Below are positions 63,614-64,000 of a stretch of DNA of 64,000 nt, piece after piece. Position 1 is the stretch's first letter. Each line of letters begins with the position of its first letter. This DNA is from an uncultured delta proteobacterium (GTDB lineage Bacteria > Desulfobacterota > RBG-13-43-22). Both the position numbers and the translations under genes were made by a program. The notes beneath the pieces are model-generated. The model ran no database searches and was not told the DNA's origin. It was given only the letters and a program-made list of their open reading frames with translations. Where the stretch lies: NCBI GenBank assembly GCA_963743305.1, contig CAVUPH010000014.1, forward strand, positions 32,001 through 96,000, given 5' to 3'.

Positions 63614-64000
63614 TCAGGCACAGAGGGTTGCGCCGCCTCAGGAAAAGCCGCTGCCGGCCGTGCAGGCGTAGCAATGGTCTCCTACCCGAATGGAGGTGCC
63701 GGCCGGAGGTGGACCTTCCATTTCCGAGACATGGACCTTTCCCTCGCCATAAGGGAGGTCCAAGGCCAGGTTGAAGTCACAATCGTAGAGGATTCCTTCC
63801 CAGGAAACCGAAACCAGGGAACGGCACATAACCCCCACCAAGGTGGCCGGGTTGAAGCCGAAGGTCAGCTTTTCCTGGTAACGCTGCAAGTTTCCCGACC
63901 GATCCAGCCAGTCCCGGTAACGGCCCAGGGGGACATTGGCGAAAACGTACAGATGATTGAAAAACAGGCCTCGCCGGTTTTCCAACTCCTTCCGAAAGCG
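63614..64000 (-). CDS. C-terminus of an ArsS-like radical SAM/Cys-rich protein, probable selenoprotein (5' part off the window)
   Basis: FNPATL..VMCR..VSVSWEG.LYDCDFN...HCYACTAGSGFS-TGA-GGATLCA*. Confidence 0.8.

Overview
Probably from a Desulfobacterota-type (deltaproteobacterial) anaerobe, judged from gene content. Single-base frameshifts occur in about 20 otherwise normal genes, which looks like long-read assembly indels rather than real decay. The window opens with fdhD and a fused hisHF. It continues with a ~27 kb mosaic island (2.5-30 kb) carrying three fluoride (crcB-class) riboswitches but no recognisable Fluc/CrcB or CLC-F exporter. The riboswitches sit in front of (i) a dynamin-like GTPase plus a HIT hydrolase, (ii) a run of alpha/alpha-barrel, HEAT/Zn-ribbon, Cys/His-rich, PAP2, MFS and second dynamin-like genes, and (iii) a cation:proton antiporter plus a Usp. 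The island also holds enolase, phosphoglycerate mutase, two HAD proteins, two Mg2+ uptake systems, a ChrB-like regulator and an inserted KamA + 2x ATP-grasp + GNAT cluster. Next come a TunR-like regulator, chrA, and sigma54- and ECF-controlled envelope/ABC operons. The last third has an IS21 element, fatty-acyl enzymes, an integron remnant with one cupin cassette, a tandemly duplicated padR-modABC-moeA-like-yqeB unit and the 3' end of a probable selenocysteine radical SAM gene. All assignments come from manual motif recognition; no database searches were run.
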